Source: Oopsacas minuta | Taxonomy: Eukaryota; Animalia; Porifera | Assembly (NCBI GenBank): GCA_024704765.1 | Contig: JAKMXF010000321.1 | Location: forward strand, 992,001-1,056,000 | Reading direction: 5' to 3' | DNA: 64,000 nt | Shown: piece after piece, positions 1 to 9,584 of the stretch | Numbering within the stretch: position 1 is the first letter of the stretch | Layout: the number at the start of each line of letters is the position of its first letter | Notes under the pieces: generated by a model | The model's database searches: none | What the model saw: only the letters and a program-made list of their open reading frames with translations | Told to the model about the DNA's origin: nothing | Position numbers and translations under genes: made by a program

Positions 1-3000
1 CTACTATGTTGCTAGAGGGAGGCGGGGCTATTGGTACCATAGAGGAAGGAGGGGGTGGAGTAGGGAAGGAGATGGCTGGAGCAATAGGGAGAGAATCCAG
101 AGCAGGAGGGAGATGGGAGTTCCTAGAGGGAGGAGGAGGCTGCACGAGCTGATCTGTTGTACTGTTAGGACGGCGTATATTAGATGCAGCCTGTATGTAG
201 CGAGTGGGGAGAGTGCTGGTCTGAGCCTGCTGTATATATGGCAATGTAATCGAGTCATTATGTGGTAGAGTAGCTGCTCTGTCTGTAAACTCTGTTACTT
301 TAGACTGCAGTGAGATCTCCTGCTGTTCTAATTTCTCCTGCATAGCTCTCAAGCTAGCTTCTCTCTCTTCTAACTCTAGTCTCTTCCTCTCTTCCTCCTC
401 TTTCTCTGTCTCTTTTTGTTTCTCAATTTTATCTTCTTCCTGCTGTTTTAACTCCAGCTCCTTCTTCTTAGACTCCTCCTCTATTTTGTGTATCTCTTGT
501 TCCTTAGCCAATATAGCTTCCTCTCTCTGCTTCACATCCTCTTCTTTCTGTTTGCTTTGCAAATCTCGCTCTATCGCCTCTTCCCTCTTAGTCTTGACAT
601 CTTCCTCCATAGCAGCTAGCTTACGCTGCATCTCTTCCATCTCTTCTGCTTGTCTCTTCAATGCATCTTGCTGGTTGTGCATGAAGGAGCGCTGGGATTC
701 TATCTCAGCCTCAATTTCCTTCCTCTTAAGCAACTGTTCATGTTGTTGTAACAACTTCTGCTTTTCTAGCACTCGCTTCGCTTCTTCGTTTTCTCTAGCT
801 GCCTTATCTTCTAATTGTTTTATCAGATCTTGCTCTTTCTTTTCCAGTAAGATAATCCTTTGTTCAACTGATTTCATTTGTTCTTTCTTTTCTTTTAAGA
901 CAGAAGGAGCAGTCTCTATCAGGATCTTCTCTTGTTGTTCTAAAGCGAATAACTGCTGTTCTAGATCAGAAGATCCGATATCCTTATTCTCATAGGTAGT
1001 TAGAACTGGTGAAGTAGGAATGTTAATCTCTCTCATTAGTTGTTGTTCTTCCGCTAATCTTACTCTCCTCTCTTCCTCTTCAAGCTCTTTCATATGCTCT
1101 ATCTTCTCCAATAATTTCTCTTCTTGTAATCGCATCAGTTGTTCCTCTCTCATTGCCTCTTCCAGGAGCTCTTTCTCCCCCTTAATACGATTTATTTCCA
1201 TTTGTTCCTGTTGAAAACGTTTCTGCTTGTCTTGTTGTAGCTGGGATAACAGCTGACTGAGAATACCGTCCTTTTGATTTAGAATAGTTACTAAATGTCC
1301 TGTATCTTCTCCAGCCTCCTGCTTCTTGCTAATTTCAAGCCTCTTCTCAATCAACTCTCCCTTCTTCTTCAGGAAGTTTGCTTCTTTAGTCAGATCTACG
1401 TCATTAGCCATTTTACTTCTCTGCTGGAGAATATTCTCATCTTCACTGATACAAATCTGTTGCTCTCTAATCCTTTTATTCCTCATAGCTTGTTCTGCCT
1501 TAACCTCTTGATATTGTTTCTCTAACAGAGATCTCTGTTGTTCATCTCTCACTTCTTTCAGGCCTCGCTTAATCCTAATACTCTTTTGTGTCCGTTTAAT
1601 TCTAACCTGAGTCATGTCCTGATCCATGCTTTGTGTATCTGCCAATAGATCTTGTAAGTCTAACCTCTTTAACTGATCTTCTTTGTCCTGTAGTAGATTT
1701 AGCTTTTGATCCAATGCTTTCAGTCTATTGTCTGCCTTAGCAAAGGATTGAGAGGGAATTTCGAGAGTAGGTGTAGTTCTGACTGGAAGAGGCGGAGGAT
1801 CGAGTAGATAGGAGTCAATACCGTCTGGAAGAGATGTGCCTGTTGCGAGAGCTTCTTGACACTCTAGGTCTCGGAGTTGTTCCGCTAGGGTATTATTCTG
1901 TGAGGAGGGAGGGGGGAGAGATTTAGTGATTGGATCAGATTGAACGGGCTCCTGTGGAAGGGGTAGAATTGGAGTTAGATCGAGTTCCTTAAGTTTCTGT
2001 TCAATATCTAACAACATTCTATCAGTTTCAGATATTTCGTGCTCTTGTTTAGGTAACCCTGTGTCTTCGATAAGTAGACTGTCAGTAAATTGCTCTTCCT
2101 TTCTGTTGACGCTTAGTTCTTCAATTTTGCTCTGAATCTCCATCAGCTGATTTTCTGTTGATTCAGATTCTCCTCTACCATCTGCTAGAGGATCGGAGCT
2201 GTCAGGGGTCTCCTTTGTTTGCTCGAGTAGTTGTTGGAGTAATTTCTGTTGTGAAATTATCTTTTGTTGTAAGTTCTGGATGACGTCAGTTTCCGCTGAA
2301 GATATTTTTCTAGTAGCTACAATATGTTCTTTCTTCTCACTTACACTCTCTTTGGTATCAGTTTCTGTACATAGATTTGAAAGAAAAGTGATTTCCACTT
2401 CTTCCTGTTTCTTCTGTTCCTCTTTTAAACGATCTTCCTCTACTTGTCGTAAACGTTCTTCCTCAATTTCTTGTTTCTCTTTTTCTAATCTGATCCTTTC
2501 TTCCTCTTCTTTCTGTAATCTTTCCTTCTCTATTCTCTCCTCCTCTTCTTTCTGTAATCTTTCCCTTTCCAATCTCTCCTCTTCCTCACGTATTTTCCTT
2601 TTCTCTTCTTCCAACTTCTGTACTTCTCTGTCCAAGTCAATCTCATGTAGATTCTCCTGACAAAGCAGTACATCATTCAGGTTGTTAGGGATAGTTTCCA
2701 AGAACACTTTAACTACAACCATCTGTCTGACTCTATGATCACAAAGTCGTTCATATTTAGCTCGAGCAATATACCCCCGAATCATCTTCTGACAAAGTAT
2801 AAACCTTTTCATGACAGCTTCTTCATGCTGAGCTAATTGCTCTGTGTGGTAGTATTTGAGAAATAGTTTGGTCTTACCAACCTCCCAGTCCTTCAATTCT
2901 AGCTTGGTTAGGATAGTTCTAGCCTCAGCAGAGTGAGGGGCTCCGCTTTTGGTAGGTAGGTAAGTAGCTCTGAGAGCAGGATAACGTTTGATGAATTCAG

Positions 3001-6000
3001 TGAATGTAAGTCTCGTAGCGTAGCCCTGTCTCCGTATCCTTGTGGTCTCCATAACTCCAGTGTATCTGAGCTGCTGTAGGATATAATCAGGATTAAATGC
3101 ATCAGGCTGTTTCCTTACATTAGGCTTGATACAGCGGATAAAGTGAGGAGTCCCTTGTGACATCTTCTCCATCAGCTCCTGGAGAGAATTTCTAAAATGA
3201 AAAGCTACTGTATTGGGACCTCGTGAACGTGTGTCTGAGGCTTTGGTTCTCTTCTGACGTTTACTTGCACTAATTTCCTTAGACATTCTCCTCTTAAAGA
3301 AGGCAAATGGAGACTGTTCCTTCCTGACACTCTTCTGTCTGAGAGAAGGTTGTACAGAGCCAGTTCGTGACAACTTAGCTCCAAACATCTCTCTCAACAA
3401 AATACAAGAACTTGTACGCATAGTCATCTGCAGTGCTTGAGCTAAAGTGTCTCTATTCTTATCTAGAAATCCATTAATGTCGTATTTAACGATGCCTGCA
3501 TAGTGCACAACACTGAACGTGGGTCCCAGATCTCTAGGTGCTATATATAGGTCTCTGGGATTCTTCCCGTGTCCCTGGTGTAGTGATAGAGCCAGAGATT
3601 TATCGGTAGAAGTATTAAACTTAGATTCTTCGTCAATATGTGCTAGAATTCCTTTATGTTTCTCCAGGAACAAATCTAATATAGGTCTATTGCTGGTGTA
3701 CTTGATAGCAGCAGTACTCACCCCCTCTTTCTGACATTCATTCTTTTCGTACTCAAACACATGTTCATTAAAATAGTATTGCAGTTGTTCATTGGCTAAG
3801 TTAATACACATCTGCTCGAATCCATTCCTCTCAAAGTTCTCAAACCCGAATATATCAAGGATACCTATCTTCATAGGATTATTGTCTAGTTGTTGTATAG
3901 GAGACAAGAGATGGTTAATGCTATTGACGATCCAACCAAACAATCTCTGATAGAGAGCCTTAGCTAATGCATCACGACAGTCTTCAGCTTGTAACACATT
4001 CCTCTGTCTGACGGTCTGCTCACCATGGATGACATGAGTATCCTCTATCAATGAGGTACCGAGTTCCTGTGAATCTACACCCAGCAGATGACACGCATTC
4101 GCTAGCACGTCTGTGTTCTTAACTTTAGCTGCCTTATTAGTGCCCTCAGGGATGAAGTTAATATCACAGAGATGGAGTACAGCTGCTAGAGCATTGAGTA
4201 AGGATATTTCATCATCTTTTGAGAATCCAATAGCTTGCAGACAGTCTCTTACTTCTTGGAACTCTGCTCTCTTATCCTCGTTAAACACACCCTCTAGACT
4301 CATTCCGTTAGCAGTGAGACAGCGATGTTGTGTAGGCTTACTGAGTCTGAATCTAGCCTTTTCTTCAGCAGACAACCCGGCATACATCATGTAGAATATA
4401 TGGAAGTTACGTTCTTTCCTGGGTTGGTGGACTATTCTAGATTTCTCTAGCAAGTACTCCTGGAAGAAAGCACCAGTCACAGAGCCCTGACCATTGAAAA
4501 TAATCTCGAAATATTTCCCAAATCTACTACTGTTGTCATTCATAACGGTGACAGCATTGCCAAAAGCTTCCAGCAGGGGAGAGGCCTGTTGTATCTTAAC
4601 GTTTAGTGACGGCTCGAGACAGGGGGTATTAGCTAGAAGATGCTGAACCAGGAACTTGCTAGTCTCCGTCTTTCCTGCTCCTGACTCCCCAGAGATAACA
4701 CAGCACTGAGGATGCTTCATATTCTTCATATCCTGGAATATTATATCAGCTACAGCATAGATGTGAGGAGGCATAGACTGTCTGCTGGGCAGTAGGAAGT
4801 ACTCCTTACTCACCTTAGGAGTGTAATAAGGCAGTAGTTTGAATGGATTTATAGCAATAAGTATGTCTCCTACATATGTGTATATCTGATCCTTTGTATA
4901 ACGCTGTCTTAATTCCTCCAGTACAATATCTTCAGACATATTGGAGAGAGTAGCTAGATCATCAGAACCACACTGTTCGGGGAGCTGTGGTTTCTGTTTG
5001 AGAGCTCTCGTGATAGATTTATTAGCATTGAGTCTGTCACAAGCAGATTGAGACCTCTCACAATCATTTTCATTAATCAGGTAATTATCTTTGTCTGACA
5101 AAGTTTCGTATTCAAACAACTCTTCCTGCTTGCTATAACTCATTTTCATACCAATAACCATCTTGCTGACGTGATGAGGATTATTCTCAGATTCTCCTAT
5201 AATCTCTACATCACTGTGTTCTGAAGTAGAGAGACGAGATTTTACAGGTTGTACTACTCCACTAGCTGTTACAGAGAATGACAGACCTGCATCTTGTAGC
5301 ATTTCTCTCAAACTATCTTCTTCAGCCAGGTCTGTAGCTGTGTCGTTATCAAAGTTACGTATAAGAGGGTTAGCACTGTTATTGAGTAGTAGTTTAACAA
5401 CTTTAGGGTGATTGTATTTAGATGCACAATGTAATGGAGTATTCCCCTTATCGTCTTGTATATTTATGTTAGCTTTGCTCCTAACCAACAGTTTTGCAGT
5501 CTCGTAATATCCGTTAGCAGATGACACATGCAGTAGTGTTACACCTCTTGAATTATAAAGATCTAGGTCTTGACCTTGCTGAGTCATGTTATGTACTTCT
5601 GTATGCATCTGTTTTCTTGTACTCTTCCGTATTTCCTTCAGTTTAGCCTCATCAATACCTTTCTTCTTCATAAAGCTCTCCAGGATCTCTCTCACACTCC
5701 CGCGGGCATGGTCAATAGCTAAATTCCCGTCTACATCCAGCAGTGCGGGGTCAGCATCAAACTGAACCAATAGCTTGATCAGGTCAGGTCTCCCTAGGAA
5801 GCTAGCTACATGTAGAGGACTCCATAGATCGCTGTCTTGAATATTAGGGTTTGCAAATTGGCCTAGTAGTAGCTTAGCGGCTGATACATTATCATCAATA
5901 CAGCACTGATGTAGGAGAGTTGTACCAGTCCCGAGCTTCTGTGAGTTTACATAGACTCCTTCTTCCAGCAGGAGTCGCTTCACGAGAGCTTCATCGAATA

Positions 6001-6223
6001 AACTGATAGCGTCAAACATTACGTGAAAGTTGTCGAGTGTGATGCTACGAGAATTGGATTTCTTCTTGACTGTAGAATTCTTCTTCTCTTCTTGCTCCCA
6101 TTCTAGATAGCGAGTTATTTGTTGGTGCTTTTGACGTTTTACGTTTCTGATTCTGTCCTCAAATGGTAACGAATCAATCTCGCTAGCATCAAGAGAATCA
6201 GTATATTCTTCATTCTGTGACAT
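1..6223 (-). CDS. MYO16: Ankyrin-repeat unconventional myosin (class XVI-like), intronless, 3'-partial (>2074 aa)
   Basis: ATG at 6223 (MSQNEEYTDS). The frame stays open to base 1, so the ORF track omits it. MYPT-type ankyrin repeats at about 6000-5290 (GTTLLHQCC, WSPLHVAS, GVTLLHVSS, GNTPLHCAS). Motor domain at about 4965-2860 with P-loop GESGAGKTE, switch I NDNSSRFGKY, DALAK, switch II DIFGFE and HFIRCIKPN. One IQ-like motif (QKMIRGYIAR), then an E/K/R/Q-rich helical tail and a Pro-rich segment. The class assignment rests on the ankyrin+motor architecture. Confidence 0.9.
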   Translation of the reverse strand, partial: MSQNEEYTDSLDASEIDSLPFEDRIRNVKRQKHQQITRYLEWEQEEKKNSTVKKKSNSRSITLDNFHVMFDAISLFDEALVKRLLLEEGVYVNSQKLGTGTTLLHQCCIDDNVSAAKLLLGQFANPNIQDSDLWSPLHVASFLGRPDLIKLLVQFDADPALLDVDGNLAIDHARGSVREILESFMKKKGIDEAKLKEIRKSTRKQMHTEVHNMTQQGQDLDLYNSRGVTLLHVSSANGYYETAKLLVRSKANINIQDDKGNTPLHCASKYNHPKVVKLLLNNSANPLIRNFDNDTATDLAEEDSLREMLQDAGLSFSVTASGVVQPVKSRLSTSEHSDVEIIGESENNPHHVSKMVIGMKMSYSKQEELFEYETLSDKDNYLINENDCERSQSACDRLNANKSITRALKQKPQLPEQCGSDDLATLSNMSEDIVLEELRQRYTKDQIYTYVGDILIAINPFKLLPYYTPKVSKEYFLLPSRQSMPPHIYAVADIIFQDMKNMKHPQCCVISGESGAGKTETSKFLVQHLLANTPCLEPSLNVKIQQASPLLEAFGNAVTVMNDNSSRFGKYFEIIFNGQGSVTGAFFQEYLLEKSRIVHQPRKERNFHIFYMMYAGLSAEEKARFRLSKPTQHRCLTANGMSLEGVFNEDKRAEFQEVRDCLQAIGFSKDDEISLLNALAAVLHLCDINFIPEGTNKAAKVKNTDVLANACHLLGVDSQELGTSLIEDTHVIHGEQTVRQRNVLQAEDCRDALAKALYQRLFGWIVNSINHLLSPIQQLDNNPMKIGILDIFGFENFERNGFEQMCINLANEQLQYYFNEHVFEYEKNECQKEGVSTAAIKYTSNRPILDLFLEKHKGILAHIDEESKFNTSTDKSLALSLHQGHGKNPRDLYIAPRDLGPTFSVVHYAGIVKYDINGFLDKNRDTLAQALQMTMRTSSCILLREMFGAKLSRTGSVQPSLRQKSVRKEQSPFAFFKRRMSKEISASKRQKRTKASDTRSRGPNTVAFHFRNSLQELMEKMSQGTPHFIRCIKPNVRKQPDAFNPDYILQQLRYTGVMETTRIRRQGYATRLTFTEFIKRYPALRATYLPTKSGAPHSAEARTILTKLELKDWEVGKTKLFLKYYHTEQLAQHEEAVMKRFILCQKMIRGYIARAKYERLCDHRVRQMVVVKVFLETIPNNLNDVLLCQENLHEIDLDREVQKLEEEKRKIREEEERLERERLQKEEEERIEKERLQKEEEERIRLEKEKQEIEEERLRQVEEDRLKEEQKKQEEVEITFLSNLCTETDTKESVSEKKEHIVATRKISSAETDVIQNLQQKIISQQKLLQQLLEQTKETPDSSDPLADGRGESESTENQLMEIQSKIEELSVNRKEEQFTDSLLIEDTGLPKQEHEISETDRMLLDIEQKLKELDLTPILPLPQEPVQSDPITKSLPPPSSQNNTLAEQLRDLECQEALATGTSLPDGIDSYLLDPPPLPVRTTPTLEIPSQSFAKADNRLKALDQKLNLLQDKEDQLKRLDLQDLLADTQSMDQDMTQVRIKRTQKSIRIKRGLKEVRDEQQRSLLEKQYQEVKAEQAMRNKRIREQQICISEDENILQQRSKMANDVDLTKEANFLKKKGELIEKRLEISKKQEAGEDTGHLVTILNQKDGILSQLLSQLQQDKQKRFQQEQMEINRIKGEKELLEEAMREEQLMRLQEEKLLEKIEHMKELEEEERRVRLAEEQQLMREINIPTSPVLTTYENKDIGSSDLEQQLFALEQQEKILIETAPSVLKEKKEQMKSVEQRIILLEKKEQDLIKQLEDKAARENEEAKRVLEKQKLLQQHEQLLKRKEIEAEIESQRSFMHNQQDALKRQAEEMEEMQRKLAAMEEDVKTKREEAIERDLQSKQKEEDVKQREEAILAKEQEIHKIEEESKKKELELKQQEEDKIEKQKETEKEEEERKRLELEEREASLRAMQEKLEQQEISLQSKVTEFTDRAATLPHNDSITLPYIQQAQTSTLPTRYIQAASNIRRPNSTTDQLVQPPPPSRNSHLPPALDSLPIAPAISFPTPPPPSSMVPIAPPPSSNIV
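2486..2602 (-). repeat. Three tandem 39-nt (13-aa) coding repeats in the myosin ER/K segment
   Basis: The units translate as KRKIREEEERLER / ERLQKEEEERIEK / ERLQKEEEERIRL. Confidence 0.75.
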
Positions 6224-6780
6224 TTAATACAAATAGGTTCAAGTAATTCAGTAAAAAGCAAAAATATAATTTGAATAACAGAAACAGAGAATTTAAGTAT
6301 TTTCAAAAAATGATTATCTCACTTTAGTACAAATAAAATTACTTCTAACAATAGTATTCTTAGTAGAAACATAATTCAATTGAATCTGCTCAGTACTTAT
6401 AACTAATAGGACAAGCTGAGTTTGTTGTACCAGTTTCAAGTTACAAAAATACTTAATTAATAATACATTATATCTATATTAGAGTGATACTAGTGATTAA
6501 CCAATTAGTAATAAGCCGATGATATGGGAAATAGCTCAGCATGAATTAAAGGAATTGATTTAATATGTATATTACCTTGTGTTGTGTAAGTATGATTGTA
6601 TTTCTATGTACTTATTAGCAATGCGGTAAATTAGTACGACAATCACAAATCAAATTATCAAATAAGAAGATGAAGAGATACACATGTAATGATATTACCT
6701 TGAAATCAGATGAGTTAAGATCTACTTTAAGGAATAAGGATGAAGCTGGGATAGTGTAAGCAATGTATAACTGTTTGTGG

Positions 6781-7596
6781 TTAGTCACTTAAGTTTAACT
6801 TAATCATAATTTCTTGGTTAAGGCGATCTAACTCAAGCCTAGCTTCCTCCAACTTAACTTTAGCTAGAGATAAATTGAGAGGTAAAGCTTTGTAGTAATT
6901 CTTCCTTTTCCTTAGCTCAGAGAGATTACTATTCATATTGCTGACCTCTTTTCGAAAAGAAGATATATTAGGATGAGAAATCTCTTCTCTAAATCCTGAC
7001 TCAGCTAATCTCTGCTCTAACTCTATTCTAGTTTGGATATACTCTTGTCTCTTCTTCTGTAGAAATATCATATCTGATTGCTTTTTAGGCTGAGACTCTC
7101 TCTCTTTTTCTAATTTCTCTTTAACTATCTTCGATTTAGCTTGTATTTCCCTAATAGCTTTATCTACAGCAGTTATTTTTCTTATCAAAGATAGATTAAT
7201 CTTATCAGATGGTAATACGTCATCTAGATCAGGGTCCTTGACACACATCATGTGATCACTAAGCATGAGAATTAAGCTAGCTGAGCTAGTGTCACGGGAC
7301 TTCAGAGTAACAGCTAAGCTAGCTAGGGAGTTGGTAAGATCGTTAACTCTATCAGGAATTGTATCTTGAGAGAAGTACAGAGAATTTAGTATCTTCTTAA
7401 GTCGATCAGATTCAATTCTCTGTTCAACACTCTTTTCTCTTATCTCTTCTAACACGAGAGACATTCCTTTCTCACCAGCCTTGAACTCATCAAAAATATT
7501 CTTCAAAACTTTGATCGTATCTTCATTTACTTCAAAAGGAGGCAGCTCTCCTCCGTACACCTCTCTCAACCAATGATTTACTATATACTGCTCCAT
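6781..7596 (-). CDS. HAUS1: HAUS augmin-like complex subunit 1, intronless, 271 aa
   Basis: WLREVYGGELPPFEVNEDT and YKALPLNLSLAKVKLEEARLELD match the recalled HAUS1 N- and C-terminal signatures (WLKKIFG..IPQYEVN; YLDLMPNPSLAQVKIEEAKRELD). Length is similar and the body is coiled-coil. Confidence 0.9.
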   Translation of the reverse strand: MEQYIVNHWLREVYGGELPPFEVNEDTIKVLKNIFDEFKAGEKGMSLVLEEIREKSVEQRIESDRLKKILNSLYFSQDTIPDRVNDLTNSLASLAVTLKSRDTSSASLILMLSDHMMCVKDPDLDDVLPSDKINLSLIRKITAVDKAIREIQAKSKIVKEKLEKERESQPKKQSDMIFLQKKRQEYIQTRIELEQRLAESGFREEISHPNISSFRKEVSNMNSNLSELRKRKNYYKALPLNLSLAKVKLEEARLELDRLNQEIMIKLNLSD

Positions 7597-7995
7597 TAGA
7601 TTAGTTAGCTACACAAACATTGTGTAGAGTATTATTAGAGAATGATAAAGATTCAAATTGAAGTTTTCGAAAATAATCTATCTATCAGAATTTAGCATAA
7701 TGGGTTATTTGTCGTTTAAGCAGTGCAATCAAATGGACAAATAACCAGCTAACTCTAGGACAAATGTACACAGATCATGTATAATACCTTTTCAGAATTC
7801 TCCTTGAATGTGTCCTAGAATATAAATTTAGAGATGGTGAAAATACCTAACAACCACTTTAGTTGTTTGCTGTTTATTAATAGTCCATTCAGTGGCGTAC
7901 CAAGCACCTTTGGTACCCGGGGCGGAATCTGAAGTTTGGAACCCCCATTTTCAGTAATATACAATATATAGCTAAGTAAGTATATTGTATATATA

Positions 7996-8568
7996 TTGAG
8001 TGGGCCAAAAAGAGGGGCCCGTGGACATTTCAGGCCAACTTGAAACTATTAGTCAATAAAAGCAATAATAATCTATTTATTCTATGTAAAGATAAGTTAG
8101 ATAATCCAAAGACGAAGTAATAGAGTATTCAGTAGAAGTCTTAGCGAGTTCAGAGAATTTTTGAAACGCCGTCTTTCAAGGAAATTACAGAAAACTTTTG
8201 CTCATATTCGATGTCAAAAATGCGCCCTGGAAATCGAGAATTCAGGGTTGGATTAAGAAATTTCAGACTGAGAGAACTGTTAAAAACCTAAATAGTCGGT
8301 CCGAAGACAGTGCAAGTCATTCCAGGAGAAATAGTTCTGAAGAATGTAATGGGAATTTTACTCTAAAAATCTAAAAATGAAAAGATTTTTACTGTGTTCA
8401 TCTAGAACATAAGCTCTAATCCTCTTACACTTTCAACCTACGAAAATAATAGCTTGTATTCGTCTTGTACGCCATTTTAGCTCTATAACTATAAGGTTTT
8501 GTTAATCTCTTCTAAATATTATGCACATTCGAAGCTAATTGTTCGGGCCCGTTTTTTGGCTCACCCTG
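7996..8568 (+). mobile_element. Internally deleted Tc1/mariner-type element
   Basis: Right end reads (reverse complement) TA-CAGGGTGAGCCAAAAAACGGGCCCG; the left end is a degenerate copy, TA-TTGAGTGGGCCAAAAAGAGGGGCCCG. The interior encodes a frameshifted FETPSFKEI...KSRIQGWIKKFQTERTVKNLNS, resembling the DUF4817-type N-terminal HTH of such transposases. Confidence 0.65.
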
Positions 8569-9584
8569 TATGTGAGATGTTTATTTCCAACATATGTTTT
8601 GAATGTTATATAATATAGGCATGATGAATCTATTTTGGTAAATAAACGTATTAGCTGTTAACTGCTACAATTTTGAAAAAATTAACGGTATAACCTTGCA
8701 GTTCTTTCAAACCAAATTTTTACTGTTAACAGATGATTCCGAGCTGCTAACAACCAATCGAAAGTCTCAATTTAGGTAATGCTTCGTGGCGTCGCTAAAC
8801 GTCAACGGGGCATAAGTAGACATTTCTCAGGAAGGGGGAACCACGGTGGGGAGGGGCAGATTTTCAATATGTAGTATACACAGCGAGCGTCCATAAGGAG
8901 GGCTTGGCCCCTAGGATAGTTTTTACAGCTCATATGTTAGAATATGGAACTACAGCTGCTTATTATAGCGCCAATGAAGCAATTATTCTCACTCATAGCC
9001 ATGTCTCACTTAATCTTGTATCTGGGTGTAAACTTAAAGGATGAATTTTACCTGTTCTGCGGCATTCCTCTCTTCTACCCATGGAAATCGGGTATCAAAA
9101 CATGTATTTTTGTTAGTGGATTTCAATGTGAAGATTCTCAAAATAGATTTCAGTATAGTCGGCACAGTAAAATATATGAGCACCAAAGTTGGTCCGGTTG
9201 ACTGATAGTATTTGCATTAGCAGTCCAAATTTTGGTATGGTTGAAAACGGACCCACTGAATCGTCTCGTATGACCACGAGTTAGACAAATGGAAATTACA
9301 TTTAGGGATAGCTGTCCCTGATTAGAATAAATAAAAATAATCCAGAAACCTTACTGTGGTCATAACTTTATACTATATAGAGAGGCTTACGCTTTCCTTC
9401 TCTTGGGAGAAACTTGCGTTTACCAACATAAGTAATAAGGTCATTAGCTAAAAGAATTGCTGATCATTTACAGATATAAATTTACATACCGAAAAATGTC
9501 TAAACTATATGAAATAATTCCCAATATACAAATAATACAGTGATAGTATGTAAGCCGGCAGTATATAGACAAACTATATATATC

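Noticed and set aside
28-4394. Plus-strand S/C/F/L-rich ORFs (486-995, 1020-1214, 1295-1525, 1326-1511, 2280-2660, 3519-3734, 4113-4394) and short minus ORFs (28-258, 2908-3102)
   Set aside because: Antisense or off-frame shadows of the E/K/Q-rich myosin ORF.
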